Shown here piece by piece: positions 27,520 to 38,057 of a stretch of DNA of 64,000 bases. The translations under genes and the position numbers were made by a program. Source of the DNA: Candidatus Spongiihabitans sp. (lineage in GTDB: Bacteria > Pseudomonadota > Gammaproteobacteria > Arenicellales > Poriferihabitantaceae); the NCBI RefSeq assembly GCF_965247905.1, contig NZ_OZ252047.1:2073304-2137303 (forward strand), given 5' to 3'. The notes beneath the pieces were generated by a model, which did no database searches, had not been told where the DNA came from, and saw nothing but the letters and a program-made list of their open reading frames with translations. Positions within the stretch are counted from its first letter, which is position 1, and every line of letters starts with the position of its first letter.

Positions 27520-28874
27520 TCAGGGCCGCAAACTCATAGCACTGCGCGCTGACCGGAAAGATACGCGCCATGCGCGGCATTCAATGCGTCCGCCGAAGTC
27601 TTCGCCAGAAAAATACAAATGCTCATCGTTACGCACCCCGGCGGCGATCACGATTCGGTGCGCGCAAATCTTTTCTTTTCGTCTGCCGACGACGACAAGA
27701 AACGCGACTGCCGCAACCGCCGCGGCCAGCATAAATCCGTGCGGCGGAAAGATTTGCAACGCCGCGCCCGAGGCCGCCGGACCAATAACGCCGCCAATGG
27801 TGTAGGCAACGGCGATAGCCGACAATGCCGCGACAAGACGAGCACCGCCGGTTTTTTCGCCAGTCTCCATCACCGCCAATGTATTCATTCCCCCGGCCGC
27901 CCCGCCCCACAAAAATAAAACGACCCATGGCAAAACGCCGGTGCCCGCTTGCAAATTGTCGCCGTCGATGCGAGTGTGAAAACGGCGGCGCCGACGAGGG
28001 TGACAATGGCGGCGACAATTTGCGCGCGAACGCAACTGATTTTGTCGGCAAGCCAGCCGAGGGGAAATTGCAAAAGCGTGTTGCCGGCGCCGAAAGTGGT
28101 GACCAGCAAAGCGGCAGCGGCGGCACTCATCCCAAGTCCGGCGGCCGACGCCGGCAACAGAGAAATCGCCGAGGTCTCAATAAATCCGCAGACAAACGCC
28201 CCCGCCAATGCCGTCGGCAAAATCGTGAATAATACAAAAAATCCGTCGCCGTCACTGGATTTTTTCGTGGTCGCCGGACGAGCATCCCACTGCAACGCCG
28301 CCGAGAGGGGAACCAGTGCCAGCGCGAGCACTCCCGCGCACATCGCAAACGGCGCGGCGCCGTCGATGCCGGTGGCCACCAGCATCCCGGGGCCAACCGC
28401 GATTCCGAGTCCCATCAACGTCTCGTGTGCGCCAATCGCGCGTCCACGCCAGCGCTCGCCGGCGATTTGTAAAATCCACAGATCACAAACGATCCAGCGC
28501 AAAATAAGCCCGAAACCGGCGGCGAAATTGAACGCCAATAAAATTCAGAAATCACTCGCCGCCGCCATCCCGGCGACCGAGACGATGCTCGCTACAATCG
28601 CAAGCGCGCCAGCGCGAACCAGTCCAAGACTGGTGATTAGGCGCGGAACAAAACGTGATACCGCCAAAATCATCAACCACGGGGCGGCGGCGAAAACGCC
28701 AATCTGCGCCGCGGGGATTCCGCGATTTTGTAAAATCAGCGCGAGCAACGGCGGCAGAATCCCCAATTGCGCGATTTGCGCGAGCGTTGACAGCGTGCAG
28801 ACGAACGCGAGTCCGTGCCAACGGACACGACCCGACGAGAAATTGTTTATGCGCTGCATTTGTTTGCTATACAC
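27520..28874 (-). pseudogene. MFS transporter (YcaD-like) broken by an in-frame TGA (28545-28547) and a frameshift near 27975
   Basis: Three ORF pieces (28545-28874, 27885-28538, 27520-28035) join into one 12-TM-like MFS: ...ASDF*ILLAFNF..., RGRAIG, QFPLGWLADK, then LWGGAAGG and GGVIGPAASG in a shifted frame. Confidence 0.85.
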
Positions 28875-28943
28875 GCATGAAAATAAGAAAAAACCTCATC
28901 TAAAGTTCACCGGAACCTTCTATGATACGCTAATCGCGTTGCT

Positions 28944-29471
28944 ATGACTCAGTCCGAAAAATTGTTGCGGGATTGGCTGGCCAATTGTCTGGGCTGCGTC
29001 GCCGGTCGGCGAGAATTTCAACTCGATCGGTACATGGTGAAAGCGGTAAAAAACTGTCAAGATGTATTAAGCGCCTACGATGATTTTGTCGTTGCTCTGA
29101 AAGAAAAAGCGGCCGTCGCGTGTCTGTTTGTCCTCGACGACTTGCCCGGCATATATTCGTCTGACGGCACCAATGCGATTGTGCAAATCAATCAAATCGC
29201 CGAAATGATGGTGGTCTTGTCCGAAGCGCCGACCCGCGATTTGGTTAACGGTGGCAATTTGTTTGAAAAAAAAATTCTAGTTCGTGGCAACGCTTTGCGG
29301 TGCGAACGATTAACAATTACATTCAAATTACTAATTCCCAGCGGTGTCCGACTTTTCTTACCGACGACCATCGTCACTGGTACGCCAACCACCAAGCCCC
29401 CGCTTTTGCCGAGACCTGCAAAAATCTTTATCGGCATGATATGCCAATCATTTAGGTTCAAGATACTTTAA
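28944..29471 (+). CDS. Hypothetical protein; C-terminus rewritten by MITE copy 2
   Basis: 175-aa ORF divergent from the MFS pseudogene; no family recognised with confidence; last residues RFKIL* come from the TIR. Confidence 0.55.
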   Translation: MTQSEKLLRDWLANCLGCVAGRREFQLDRYMVKAVKNCQDVLSAYDDFVVALKEKAAVACLFVLDDLPGIYSSDGTNAIVQINQIAEMMVVLSEAPTRDLVNGGNLFEKKILVRGNALRCERLTITFKLLIPSGVRLFLPTTIVTGTPTTKPPLLPRPAKIFIGMICQSFRFKIL

Positions 29472-30062
29472 GGTATAGTGAAATGGTCATACCTAATTGT
29501 TCTATAAATGAAAAACAAGCATGTCATTCTCGCCGGCAGGCGGGAATCCAGAGTGGCGTAGCCGCCGAGACGCGTGCATACATTAGCGGTAAGCAACAAG
29601 CATCATCGCCTTGCCGTCATTCTCGCATCAAACGGCGCGGCTTCGCCGAAAATGAGTCCGGCTACGCCGGACGGCATATTCAACTGGATTGCCCGGCCAA
29701 TAATAATATGGGCCGGGCAATGACAAATGATAGGCAATGGTGAATTGAGAAGACAAAAGCGCGTTGAGACGCCAAAGCACACGAGAGAAAATGTCCAGCT
29801 ACGCCAGAGCACGTTTTAGTGTCACGCTTTGCGTGACAATTATTTACCATTGTCCTCTCAAAAGGAGTATTGCCTTCCGATTCACCATTGTCCCCCCAGC
29901 CCGTCATTCTCGCCGCAGGCGGGAATCCAGTTAAAATATGTCGTCCGGCGTAGCCGGACCCCTTTGAAAGAGTGTGAGTCTCGCTTCAATATGCGCCACG
30001 AAAATGGGTGTCAATATCTGCTAAAATCTATCCGAAATCGACCGCTTAAAGTATCTTGAACC
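29455..30062 (+). mobile_element. IS1595-derived MITE, copy 2, 608 bp, opposite orientation to copies 1 and 3
   Basis: Same 18-bp TIRs at 29455-29472 and 30045-30062; TSD ATCATTTA at 29447-29454 and 30063-30070; transposase remnants MKNKHVI (29508-29528) and LKECESRFN...KVS* (29964-30059). Confidence 0.93.
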
Positions 30063-30393
30063 ATCATTTATCTTCGGCATCTGATTCAATCGTGGATGAA
30101 CTATTACAAAAAGGGTGTCCTACCTAATCTGGACAAGATTACCGAACCGGGAACTTTTGATCAATGCCCCCGACAATGAGTGAAGACCAGCCACATCACT
30201 GCCATCGGCGACTTGTCGCAGAATATCTTCAGCGTACATGGGGGAACAGGGTTAGCGTGACGCATTTGGTTTAATAGCCTAGTGAAATGCCAGCAAGGTT
30301 GCGCGGGTATTTTTTCTATCTGTTTATTTTCTATATTGAGCATTTGTTCAATCGATTATAATCGCTCAATTATTGTTTCAATGAGAGTTCAAA

Positions 30394-31590
30394 ATGCCGT
30401 CCGGCGACAATGCAAAACCAGTCCAAACCCGAATAAATTCGGAAACCAGCGACTGTTTGGCGCCGTGGGCTTATTACGATGACGAGTTATTGGAATTGGA
30501 AAAGGATCACCTGTTCAAGAAAAACTGGCTGCTGGTCGGGCATATCAATGACATGCCAAATCCGCGCGACTATCTGACCCTGGATGCGGTCGGCGAACGC
30601 GCGTTGGTGGTCAGGGGAAACGATAACCAAATTCGGGCGTTTCACAATGTCTGCCGGCACCGTGGCGCAAAACTGCTGGACTCGCCTTGCGGACAATGCG
30701 CGCCCGCGCTGACCTGCCCGTTCCACGGCTGGACCTACCAACTTGACGGCAAGTTGATCGGCGTTCCCGCGGAAAATACATTTCGTAATCTGGACAAATC
30801 GAGAAACGGCTTAGTGCCGTTGGATCTCGAAGTATGGATGGGATTCATTTTCATTCGTTTTCAAGGCGGAAAACAGTCCCTGGCTGAAATGCTGCGGCCC
30901 ATGCAAGATGAAATCGCGGCGTATAAAATCGCGCAAATGCAGCCGCTTGAAAACACCCGGTATGACGATATTCGACCCTACAACTGGAAGGTGTTTCACG
31001 ATATTGACAACGAAGGCTATCATGTCCCGATCGGGCATCCGGCTCTGCAGCAACTTTATGGCAAGGATTATTCCGACCATTTGGTGGGCGGCGTGCCACT
31101 CTCATATGGCGTGATCAATGCCGAGCCGGCGAAGTTATGGAGCGTGCGGCATTATCAAAAATTGCTGCCGCGGTTCGCGCATCTGCCGAAGAAAAATCAA
31201 GACTGCTGGTTGTATGGCGGAATTTTTCCGAGCATGGTTCTGGGCTTATATCCCGACAGCATCGAGTTTTACATGACCATCCCGGTCGCGATCGATAAAA
31301 CCCGCGTGCGCGGCGGATGCTACGCGCTGCTCGACTCGCGCCGCGAAGCCCGCGCCGTTCGATATCTGAACCGGCGCATCAATAACGCAACCAGCGCGGA
31401 AGATGACAACTTCGTGAGATGGCTTCAGGACGGTATGCAATCCAGCGTTTTCCCGCAACCGAATCTGTCTTCCATTGAACAAGGGGTTCGTGAGTTTCAT
31501 CACCGGTTGCAGGCTACATTGCCGGTCGCCCGATTGAAGCATCATCCCGGAACCGGAAAAGTGGCGCAAGCCAATCTCAGATTGTCGTAG
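30394..31590 (+). CDS. Rieske non-heme iron oxygenase alpha subunit (quaternary-amine oxygenase/demethylase-like)
   Basis: Rieske ligands CRHRG...CPFHGW; catalytic DIDNEGYHVPIGHP; ED near the C-terminus. Confidence 0.88.
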   Translation: MPSGDNAKPVQTRINSETSDCLAPWAYYDDELLELEKDHLFKKNWLLVGHINDMPNPRDYLTLDAVGERALVVRGNDNQIRAFHNVCRHRGAKLLDSPCGQCAPALTCPFHGWTYQLDGKLIGVPAENTFRNLDKSRNGLVPLDLEVWMGFIFIRFQGGKQSLAEMLRPMQDEIAAYKIAQMQPLENTRYDDIRPYNWKVFHDIDNEGYHVPIGHPALQQLYGKDYSDHLVGGVPLSYGVINAEPAKLWSVRHYQKLLPRFAHLPKKNQDCWLYGGIFPSMVLGLYPDSIEFYMTIPVAIDKTRVRGGCYALLDSRREARAVRYLNRRINNATSAEDDNFVRWLQDGMQSSVFPQPNLSSIEQGVREFHHRLQATLPVARLKHHPGTGKVAQANLRLS

Positions 31591-31611
31591 TTGCCGGGCT
31601 AATCGCTCGGC

Positions 31612-32454
31612 TTATTTATTGGCCGCGGTTGCCAACTGCATATCCCTTTCCTTTTGCTTCTGCTGGCGGAACAGGATCCAGCCGGCGATGATCACGCCTA
31701 TCGCGACGGTGAATATAATGATGGTTGCCAACGCGTTAATGTCCGGCTTCAGGCCGGTTTTTATTCTGGAATAAATCAGGATCGGCAGTGTATTCGCTCC
31801 CGGGCCGGTGACGAAACTAGCGATAACCAAGTCATCAAGGGATAAGGTGAATGAGAGCAACCATCCCGCCAACATGCCGGGCGCCAGTAACGGAAATGTA
31901 ATATCGACTAAAACCCGCAATGGTTTGGCGCCTAAATCCTGAGCCGCTTCTTCCAGCGTCTGCCCCATTCCGGCTAACCGGGATTGAATAATGACGGCCA
32001 CATAAGCCATGGAAAACGTGATGTGCGCAATGGCAATAGTGGAAAACCCGCGCTTATCCGGCCATCCGAAAAGCTCTTTCAGCGTTATAAACAACATCAA
32101 CAACGACAAACCGGTAATCACTTCCGGCATCACCAGTGGTGCGGCAATCATTCCACCAAACAATGTTCTGCCACGAAATTTACCAAATCGCACTAACGCT
32201 AATGCGGCCAGAGTTCCGAGCAGGGTTGCAAAGGTGGCATTGACTACGGCAATTTTCAGGCTCAACGACAGTGCCGCCCATATTTTTTCGCTTTCAAACA
32301 AAGAGACGTACCAGCGTGTTGAAAAACCACCCCAAACCGGAACAATTTTGGAATAGTTGAAGGAATACGTAATCAACACCACCAGCGGGATATACAAAAA
32401 TGCCATGCCAAAGCACAACACCGAAAACAGGAACCTGGAACGTTTTTTCTCCAT
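31612..32454 (-). CDS. potI: Putrescine/polyamine ABC transporter permease
   Basis: LVMPEVITGLSLL, EAA loop LEEAAQDLGA, SLDDLVIASF..GPG. Confidence 0.9.
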   Translation of the reverse strand: MEKKRSRFLFSVLCFGMAFLYIPLVVLITYSFNYSKIVPVWGGFSTRWYVSLFESEKIWAALSLSLKIAVVNATFATLLGTLAALALVRFGKFRGRTLFGGMIAAPLVMPEVITGLSLLMLFITLKELFGWPDKRGFSTIAIAHITFSMAYVAVIIQSRLAGMGQTLEEAAQDLGAKPLRVLVDITFPLLAPGMLAGWLLSFTLSLDDLVIASFVTGPGANTLPILIYSRIKTGLKPDINALATIIIFTVAIGVIIAGWILFRQQKQKERDMQLATAANK

Positions 32455-32456
32455 GC

Positions 32457-33422
32457 CTAACCTTGCTCCGACTCTTTGCTCTGGACGCGCTGGTACAGCA
32501 TCATCGGCACCACCAGCAAAATCACCAATGCAATCGCCACCGCCGAGGCCACCGGCCAGTCATGGTTGGAGTGGAATTCGCCATACAGCACCCGGCCAAT
32601 CATCAATACATTACCGCCGCCCAGCAAATCGGGAATCACAAACTCCCCGGTTGCCGGTATGAATACCAACAACGATCCGGCAATTATCCCGGGCATAGTC
32701 AACGGCAAGGTTACGGTCAAAAATGTTTTAAACGGCCGTGCGCCCAAATCCGCGGCCGCTTCGTGCAAGGTCATATCCAGTTTTTCCATGTTGGCGTACA
32801 ACGGCAAAATCATGAATGGCACATAGGTATAGACGATGCCGACATAGACCGCGAAATGAGAATACAGCAACCGTACCGGGCTCTCAATAAATCCGAGCCA
32901 AATGAGCAGATCGTTGATCAGCCCTTGGTCGGCCAGCAATCCCATCCAGGCATAGACGCGCAATAAAAATGAGGTCCAGAACGGCAAGATGACCAACATC
33001 AATAAAACATGCTTTGCGGTATGCGACGAGGTTACGATGGCATACGCGATGGGGTAGCCAATCAATAAGCACGCTACCGTGGATATGAAAGCAATTTTGA
33101 CCGAACTTAAATAGGTGTTGAGATACAGCTCGTCTTCCCAAAGATAAGCGTAATTATCAAAAATCACGCGGATGTTCATGGCGCCGTCGCTGGCCCATTC
33201 AAACAACGGCGAAAACGGTGGGCTGGCGATTAGCGACTCCGCCAGGCTAATTTTCAGGATGATAAAAAATGGGGCTAAAAAGAACAGCAGCAGCCAAAAA
33301 TACGGAATGAAGACAACCGCTGTTTTCCAGCGCGACTGCAACAGCTCGAAAATTTTTGGGATATGCGTACGGCCAATGGGGTGCGCCCTGAATTTTCCAA
33401 TAATGTCGGTCGCCGATCGCAT
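32457..33422 (-). CDS. potH: Putrescine/polyamine ABC transporter permease
   Basis: LPFWTSFLLRVYAW, LHEAAADLGA, GEFVIPDLLGG, DWPVASA. Confidence 0.9.
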   Translation of the reverse strand: MRSATDIIGKFRAHPIGRTHIPKIFELLQSRWKTAVVFIPYFWLLLFFLAPFFIILKISLAESLIASPPFSPLFEWASDGAMNIRVIFDNYAYLWEDELYLNTYLSSVKIAFISTVACLLIGYPIAYAIVTSSHTAKHVLLMLVILPFWTSFLLRVYAWMGLLADQGLINDLLIWLGFIESPVRLLYSHFAVYVGIVYTYVPFMILPLYANMEKLDMTLHEAAADLGARPFKTFLTVTLPLTMPGIIAGSLLVFIPATGEFVIPDLLGGGNVLMIGRVLYGEFHSNHDWPVASAVAIALVILLVVPMMLYQRVQSKESEQG

Positions 33423-33448
33423 GGTCGCTTTAATGTTATCTGGCTATG

Positions 33449-34609
33449 TTATTTAGTCAGCACCACCGGGCTGGTGGCATCCCATCCCAGGTATACTTCA
33501 TCTTCCCAATCGACTGCATGGCGTCCATCTTTCGGTCGCACCTGATTCGGAACGGTAACCGCAATGATCTTGCTACTGGGGAGTTTAATTCGATAGGTTG
33601 AAATATTTCCCAAATAGCCTATATCTTGAACCACTCCTTTTAGATTATTTGCGCTTGAATTATTTGCACTTGAGTGTTCAGGCGGCGTTTTGGACAGCCA
33701 GATTTTTTCTGGCCGCACCGCGACCCAAACCTTGCTGCCCTCCGTGATGGATAATCCGTGATCGATAAAAAACTCGGCATCATGGTCATCTGAGCGCACT
33801 CGAACATGGTCGGCGCCGTTTTCAGTAATTCGCCCTTCAAACATATTTGCCGTGCCAATGAAATCCGCGACCATTCGGGATGAGGGGTATTCGTAAATTT
33901 CTGTTGGCGTGCCGATTTGCACAAATTTCCCGGCATCCATGACCGCAATGCGGGTGGACAATGTCATTGCCTCTTCCTGATCATGGGTGACCACAATAAA
34001 AGTTACCCCGAGTTTTTCCTGGATGTTCATTAACTCAAACTGGGTTTGCTCTCTGAGTCGTTTATCCAGCGCCGCCAGCGGCTCATCCAGCAATAATACT
34101 TTGGGTCGCTTGACCAAGGCCCTTGCCAACGCCACTCGCTGACACTGCCCGCCGGACAATTGATGGGGTTTGCGCTTGCTGAATTCGGCAAGTTCCACCA
34201 TTGCCAGCATGTCGGCGACACGCGACCTGATTTCTTCCTTGTCCACGCCATCGCACTTCAATCCATAACCGACATTATTCTCCACATCCATATGCGGAAA
34301 TAACGCATAGGATTGAAACATCATGTTGACCGGACGATTGTAGGGCGGCACCTCGCTCATTTCCATGCCGTCAATATAGATGGTGCCCGAACTTGGCGTT
34401 TCAAAGCCCGCCAACATTCGCAAAAGCGTGGACTTGCCACAGCCGGAACCGCCCAAAAGGCAGAACAATTCCCCGCGATAGATATCCAGGTCAACGCTGC
34501 TTACCGCCGCGAAATCCCCAAAATTCTTGGTAACATTCTGGATACGAATAAACGGTTTTGCCTCAGGGTCTAACCATGGCTCGCACTGAAAATCAACCGA
34601 ATCAGGCAT
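33449..34609 (-). CDS. potG: Putrescine/polyamine ABC transporter ATP-binding protein
   Basis: Walker A GGSGCGKST, LSGGQCQR, LLLDEPL, VTHDQEEA, TOBE C-terminus. Confidence 0.92.
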   Translation of the reverse strand: MPDSVDFQCEPWLDPEAKPFIRIQNVTKNFGDFAAVSSVDLDIYRGELFCLLGGSGCGKSTLLRMLAGFETPSSGTIYIDGMEMSEVPPYNRPVNMMFQSYALFPHMDVENNVGYGLKCDGVDKEEIRSRVADMLAMVELAEFSKRKPHQLSGGQCQRVALARALVKRPKVLLLDEPLAALDKRLREQTQFELMNIQEKLGVTFIVVTHDQEEAMTLSTRIAVMDAGKFVQIGTPTEIYEYPSSRMVADFIGTANMFEGRITENGADHVRVRSDDHDAEFFIDHGLSITEGSKVWVAVRPEKIWLSKTPPEHSSANNSSANNLKGVVQDIGYLGNISTYRIKLPSSKIIAVTVPNQVRPKDGRHAVDWEDEVYLGWDATSPVVLTK

Positions 34610-34642
34610 GACTCACCTCATTGAAAATTCATGGCAGCAAAC

Positions 34643-34694
34643 TTCGGCGCGTCGCATAAACAGCGATGGCACGATAACCACATGACGCGCCGAA
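34643..34694. terminator. Stem-loop between potF and potG (possible mRNA stabiliser or attenuator)
   Basis: 11-bp inverted repeat ttcggcgcgtc (34643-34653) / gacgcgccgaa (34684-34694), 30-nt loop. Confidence 0.5.
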
Positions 34695-34699
34695 TTTTT

Positions 34700-35827
34700 C
34701 TAATTACCCGCCTTGAAATTGGTCCAGGTTCGGGTCAACAAACGTTCGATTTTTGGTGGCAATACCGCAGAGGTGTACATTAACGCCACGGCTTCCGGCG
34801 GCGGGAAAGCGGCCGGGCTGCTGGTCACCTCAGCATCAATTAAATCCACCGCGTCTTTATTTGCGGTCGCATACCACAAATAATTGGTATCCGCCGCACC
34901 AACCTCAGGGCGCATCATGTAGTTCAAGAACAGGTGTGCATTTTCCACATTCTCGGCGTCGGCGGGAATCACCCAGCCATCCACCCAAAAAGTAGCCGCA
35001 TTCTTGCCAGGCGGAATGAAAAAATTCAGTTCTATGCCAGTATCCAGTTCTGCCGCCTGTGACATCGCCAACAAGCCATCCGGACCCCAACTGGTTACCA
35101 CGCAAAACTCCTTTTGGATCAATCGTTGATACGCATAATTATCGAAAGTCTTGATATAAGGGCGGATTTTTAACAACATTTCCTCGACCGCCGCATAGTC
35201 GGCCTTGTTGGTTGAACTTGGGTCAAACCCCAGGTAAGACAATGCCATTGGCACCATATCGGATGGCGCGTCCAGGAAGGCCACGCCGCAGGCATCAATT
35301 TTAGAAATATGCTCTGGATCGAAAATCAAGTCCAGCGAGCCAATCGGCGCATCGGGATAGGTTTCCTTGACCAACGCTTCGTTATAGGTAACGCCATGCG
35401 TCCCCCACATATACGGCACCACATATTGATTGCCCGGATCCCAGTTTTCGCCTAACTGCGCCATAACCTCGGGGCGCATGTGCTTGAAGTTATCCAGTTT
35501 GGACTTGTCAACTGGTTGCAGGATACCGGCCGGAATCAATCTCGCAATTGCGCTGCCCGCATGACTGACCACATCGTAACCGGAGCTCCCAGCCAGAAGT
35601 TTGGAATCAATCGCTTCCTGGGATTCGTAAACATCATAAATCACTTTGATATCATATTCCGCTTCAAAGTTTGAAATGGTGTCCTCGGCGATGTATTCGT
35701 CCCAGTTGGTCACGTTTAATACCCCGGCAGCCGATGCTGAACCGGTGCCAACTAGCAGGACTAAAGATGCCACGCTGACCGCGCCGCCTTTCAATAATTT
35801 AGATAGTTTTATCATTTTTGCCTCCAC
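34700..35827 (-). CDS. potF: Polyamine ABC transporter periplasmic binding protein
   Basis: Signal peptide, NW.EYI, KLLAGSSGYDVV, PYMWGTHG, WVDGWVIPADA.N...A..FLNY. Confidence 0.88.
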   Translation of the reverse strand: MEAKMIKLSKLLKGGAVSVASLVLLVGTGSASAAGVLNVTNWDEYIAEDTISNFEAEYDIKVIYDVYESQEAIDSKLLAGSSGYDVVSHAGSAIARLIPAGILQPVDKSKLDNFKHMRPEVMAQLGENWDPGNQYVVPYMWGTHGVTYNEALVKETYPDAPIGSLDLIFDPEHISKIDACGVAFLDAPSDMVPMALSYLGFDPSSTNKADYAAVEEMLLKIRPYIKTFDNYAYQRLIQKEFCVVTSWGPDGLLAMSQAAELDTGIELNFFIPPGKNAATFWVDGWVIPADAENVENAHLFLNYMMRPEVGAADTNYLWYATANKDAVDLIDAEVTSSPAAFPPPEAVALMYTSAVLPPKIERLLTRTWTNFKAGN

Positions 35828-35947
35828 AGCGATAAATTAAAGAATAACGGACACAGTATAACGTAACTTTTGCGAAATTCCATACACTTCGATAATGATG
35901 GCGATAATTGCAAGCGCGCTGAAATTTCCTTGGTGATGATGGATAAA

Positions 35948-36421
35948 TTAACGTTTCTGCTTGAAGAATTGTTGGATCAATTCCTGGCACTGCCGTTGCA
36001 TTATTCCAGCGGTGATTGAACAGCGGTGATTCAAGAACCTGGACTGCAGCAAATTGAGTTGGCTGCCGGCGGCGCCAAATTTCAGGTCGTGGGTCGCAAA
36101 AATCAGACGCTCGATGCGCGCATGCAAAATAGCACCGGCGCACATAATGCACGGCTCCATTGTGACATACAAACTGCATTTATCGAGGCGATAGTTTTCG
36201 ATGTTTTTACCGGCAGCGCGCAACGCCTCTATTTCCGCGTGACCGCTGGCGTCATGATTTCCTATTGAGCAGTTAAATCCCTCGCCAATGATTTTTTCAT
36301 TTTGCACGACCACGGCGCCAACCGGAATTTCATCGCGATCCTGCGCCATGATTGCCAGCTCCAAAGCCCGCGCCATAAACTGATGGTCTAGTTGACGTCG
36401 CGTCATTCCGCCTGGCGTCAT
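35948..36421 (-). CDS. tadA: tRNA adenosine(34) deaminase (start at the ATGA overlap with guaA, or ATG 36406)
   Basis: [30 protein letters not shown]. Confidence 0.95.
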   Translation of the reverse strand: MTPGGMTRRQLDHQFMARALELAIMAQDRDEIPVGAVVVQNEKIIGEGFNCSIGNHDASGHAEIEALRAAGKNIENYRLDKCSLYVTMEPCIMCAGAILHARIERLIFATHDLKFGAAGSQLNLLQSRFLNHRCSITAGIMQRQCQELIQQFFKQKR

Positions 36422-38007
36422 TCCCACTCTATCGTGGCCGGCGGCTTGCCTGATATATCATAGACCACTCGACTAATTCCGCGCACTTCATTGATGATGC
36501 GGTTGGAAATTACCCCAAGCACATCATATGGAATCTGCTTCCACCTGGCAGTCATAAAATCCACGGTTTCTACTGCACGAAGGGCGATGATGTATTCATA
36601 GGCGCGATTATCCCCGACCACGCCCACGGATTTAATCGGCAGGAACACCGCAAAAGCCTGACTTATTTCGTCATATAAATCATGGACATACAACTCTTCA
36701 AGAAAAATCGCATCGGCCTGGCGCAAGATTTCCGCATACTCCCGTTTAACTTCGCCAAGAATTCTCACGCCCAATCCGGGGCCTGGAAATGGATGCCGGT
36801 AGACCATTTTTTTCGGCAGCCCCAACGCCAGGCCCATGCTTCGCACCTCATCCTTAAACAACTCGCGCAACGGCTCCAATAACTTTAGATTCATATCCGC
36901 CGGCAGTCCGCCGACATTATGATGGGATTTTATGACTTTGGCCGTTCCATGCTTATTTCCTGCCGACTCGATCACATCCGGGTAGATTGTTCCCTGCGCC
37001 AACCATTTCGCATTTTTTATTTTGCGCGACTCCCGTTCAAATATTTCTATAAAAAGGTTGCCGATGATTTTTCGTTTTTGTTCAGGATCATCAATGCCTT
37101 TCAGGCGTTCGAAATAATCATCCGCAGCATTTACGCGAATAACCTTTGCCCCCGGATGTTCGGAAAAAGTTTCCATAACCTGGTCGCCTTCGTGCAAACG
37201 CAGCAACCCGGTATCCACAAAAATACAGGTCAACTGAGCGCCGATGGCGCGATGCAACAGCGCCGCCACAACAGCCGAATCGACGCCGCCGGAAAGTCCC
37301 AGTATCACGCGCTCACTGCCAACCCGATTTTTAACCCACTGCAATTGGCTTTCAATAATATTCGCCGAAACCCAGTCCGCGCCACAGCCACAAATGTCAT
37401 GAACAAAGCGCGATAAAATCCTTTTACCGTCCACGGTGTGAGTCACTTCGGGATGAAACTGAACGCCATAGTAATCCCGGTCTTCATCGGCGATGATGGC
37501 GTACGGGCAACGGCCGGTGGCGCCGATGACCTTGAATCCAGCCGGCAGTTCGCTCACTCGATCGCCGTGACTCATCCATACCGCCAGCGCCTGACCGGCT
37601 GGCCCGCACAATTTGCTATTGGCACAAGTGTTGACCACGGCATGCCCATATTCGGCATGTCCATTTTCAGCATATCCATATTCTTGAGCGGTCGTATTTT
37701 CAACCACTCCCCCAAGCTGAGAGACCAATGTTTGCATCCCATAACAAATTCCAAGAATCGGCAGTCGCGTATCAAAAACTATGCCGGGAGCGTTGGTTTC
37801 GTGATCCTGATAAGTTGACGCAGGGCTGCCTGAAAGAATAAAACCGTTTGCGGCAAATGCCTTTATTTTGTCGGGGTCAACATCAAATGGAAAAATTTCA
37901 CAATAAACCCCCAGCTCCCGCACGCAACGCCCAATAAGCTGGGTGTATTGCGCGCCAAAATCCAGTATCAGTATTTTTTGTTGCTGCGGGTCATGGAATG
38001 TGTTCAT
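36418..38007 (-). CDS. guaA: GMP synthase (glutamine-hydrolyzing)
   Basis: [60 protein letters not shown]. Confidence 0.98.
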   Translation of the reverse strand: MNTFHDPQQQKILILDFGAQYTQLIGRCVRELGVYCEIFPFDVDPDKIKAFAANGFILSGSPASTYQDHETNAPGIVFDTRLPILGICYGMQTLVSQLGGVVENTTAQEYGYAENGHAEYGHAVVNTCANSKLCGPAGQALAVWMSHGDRVSELPAGFKVIGATGRCPYAIIADEDRDYYGVQFHPEVTHTVDGKRILSRFVHDICGCGADWVSANIIESQLQWVKNRVGSERVILGLSGGVDSAVVAALLHRAIGAQLTCIFVDTGLLRLHEGDQVMETFSEHPGAKVIRVNAADDYFERLKGIDDPEQKRKIIGNLFIEIFERESRKIKNAKWLAQGTIYPDVIESAGNKHGTAKVIKSHHNVGGLPADMNLKLLEPLRELFKDEVRSMGLALGLPKKMVYRHPFPGPGLGVRILGEVKREYAEILRQADAIFLEELYVHDLYDEISQAFAVFLPIKSVGVVGDNRAYEYIIALRAVETVDFMTARWKQIPYDVLGVISNRIINEVRGISRVVYDISGKPPATIEWE

Positions 38008-38057
38008 GCGCTAATCAAAACGACAAAATTCATCGGCGCGAAAATTACTGGAAATTG

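Noticed and set aside
28545-28547. TGA in the MFS gene as selenocysteine or a Trp-reassigned genetic code
   Set aside because: Many intact genes here end in TGA (soxA, the MTHFR gene, aceE), and the same gene also has a frameshift, so simple decay or error is more parsimonious.
27949-28947. 332-aa + strand ORF
   Set aside because: Ala/Pro/Thr-rich antisense shadow of the GC-rich MFS reading frame, with no recognisable motifs.
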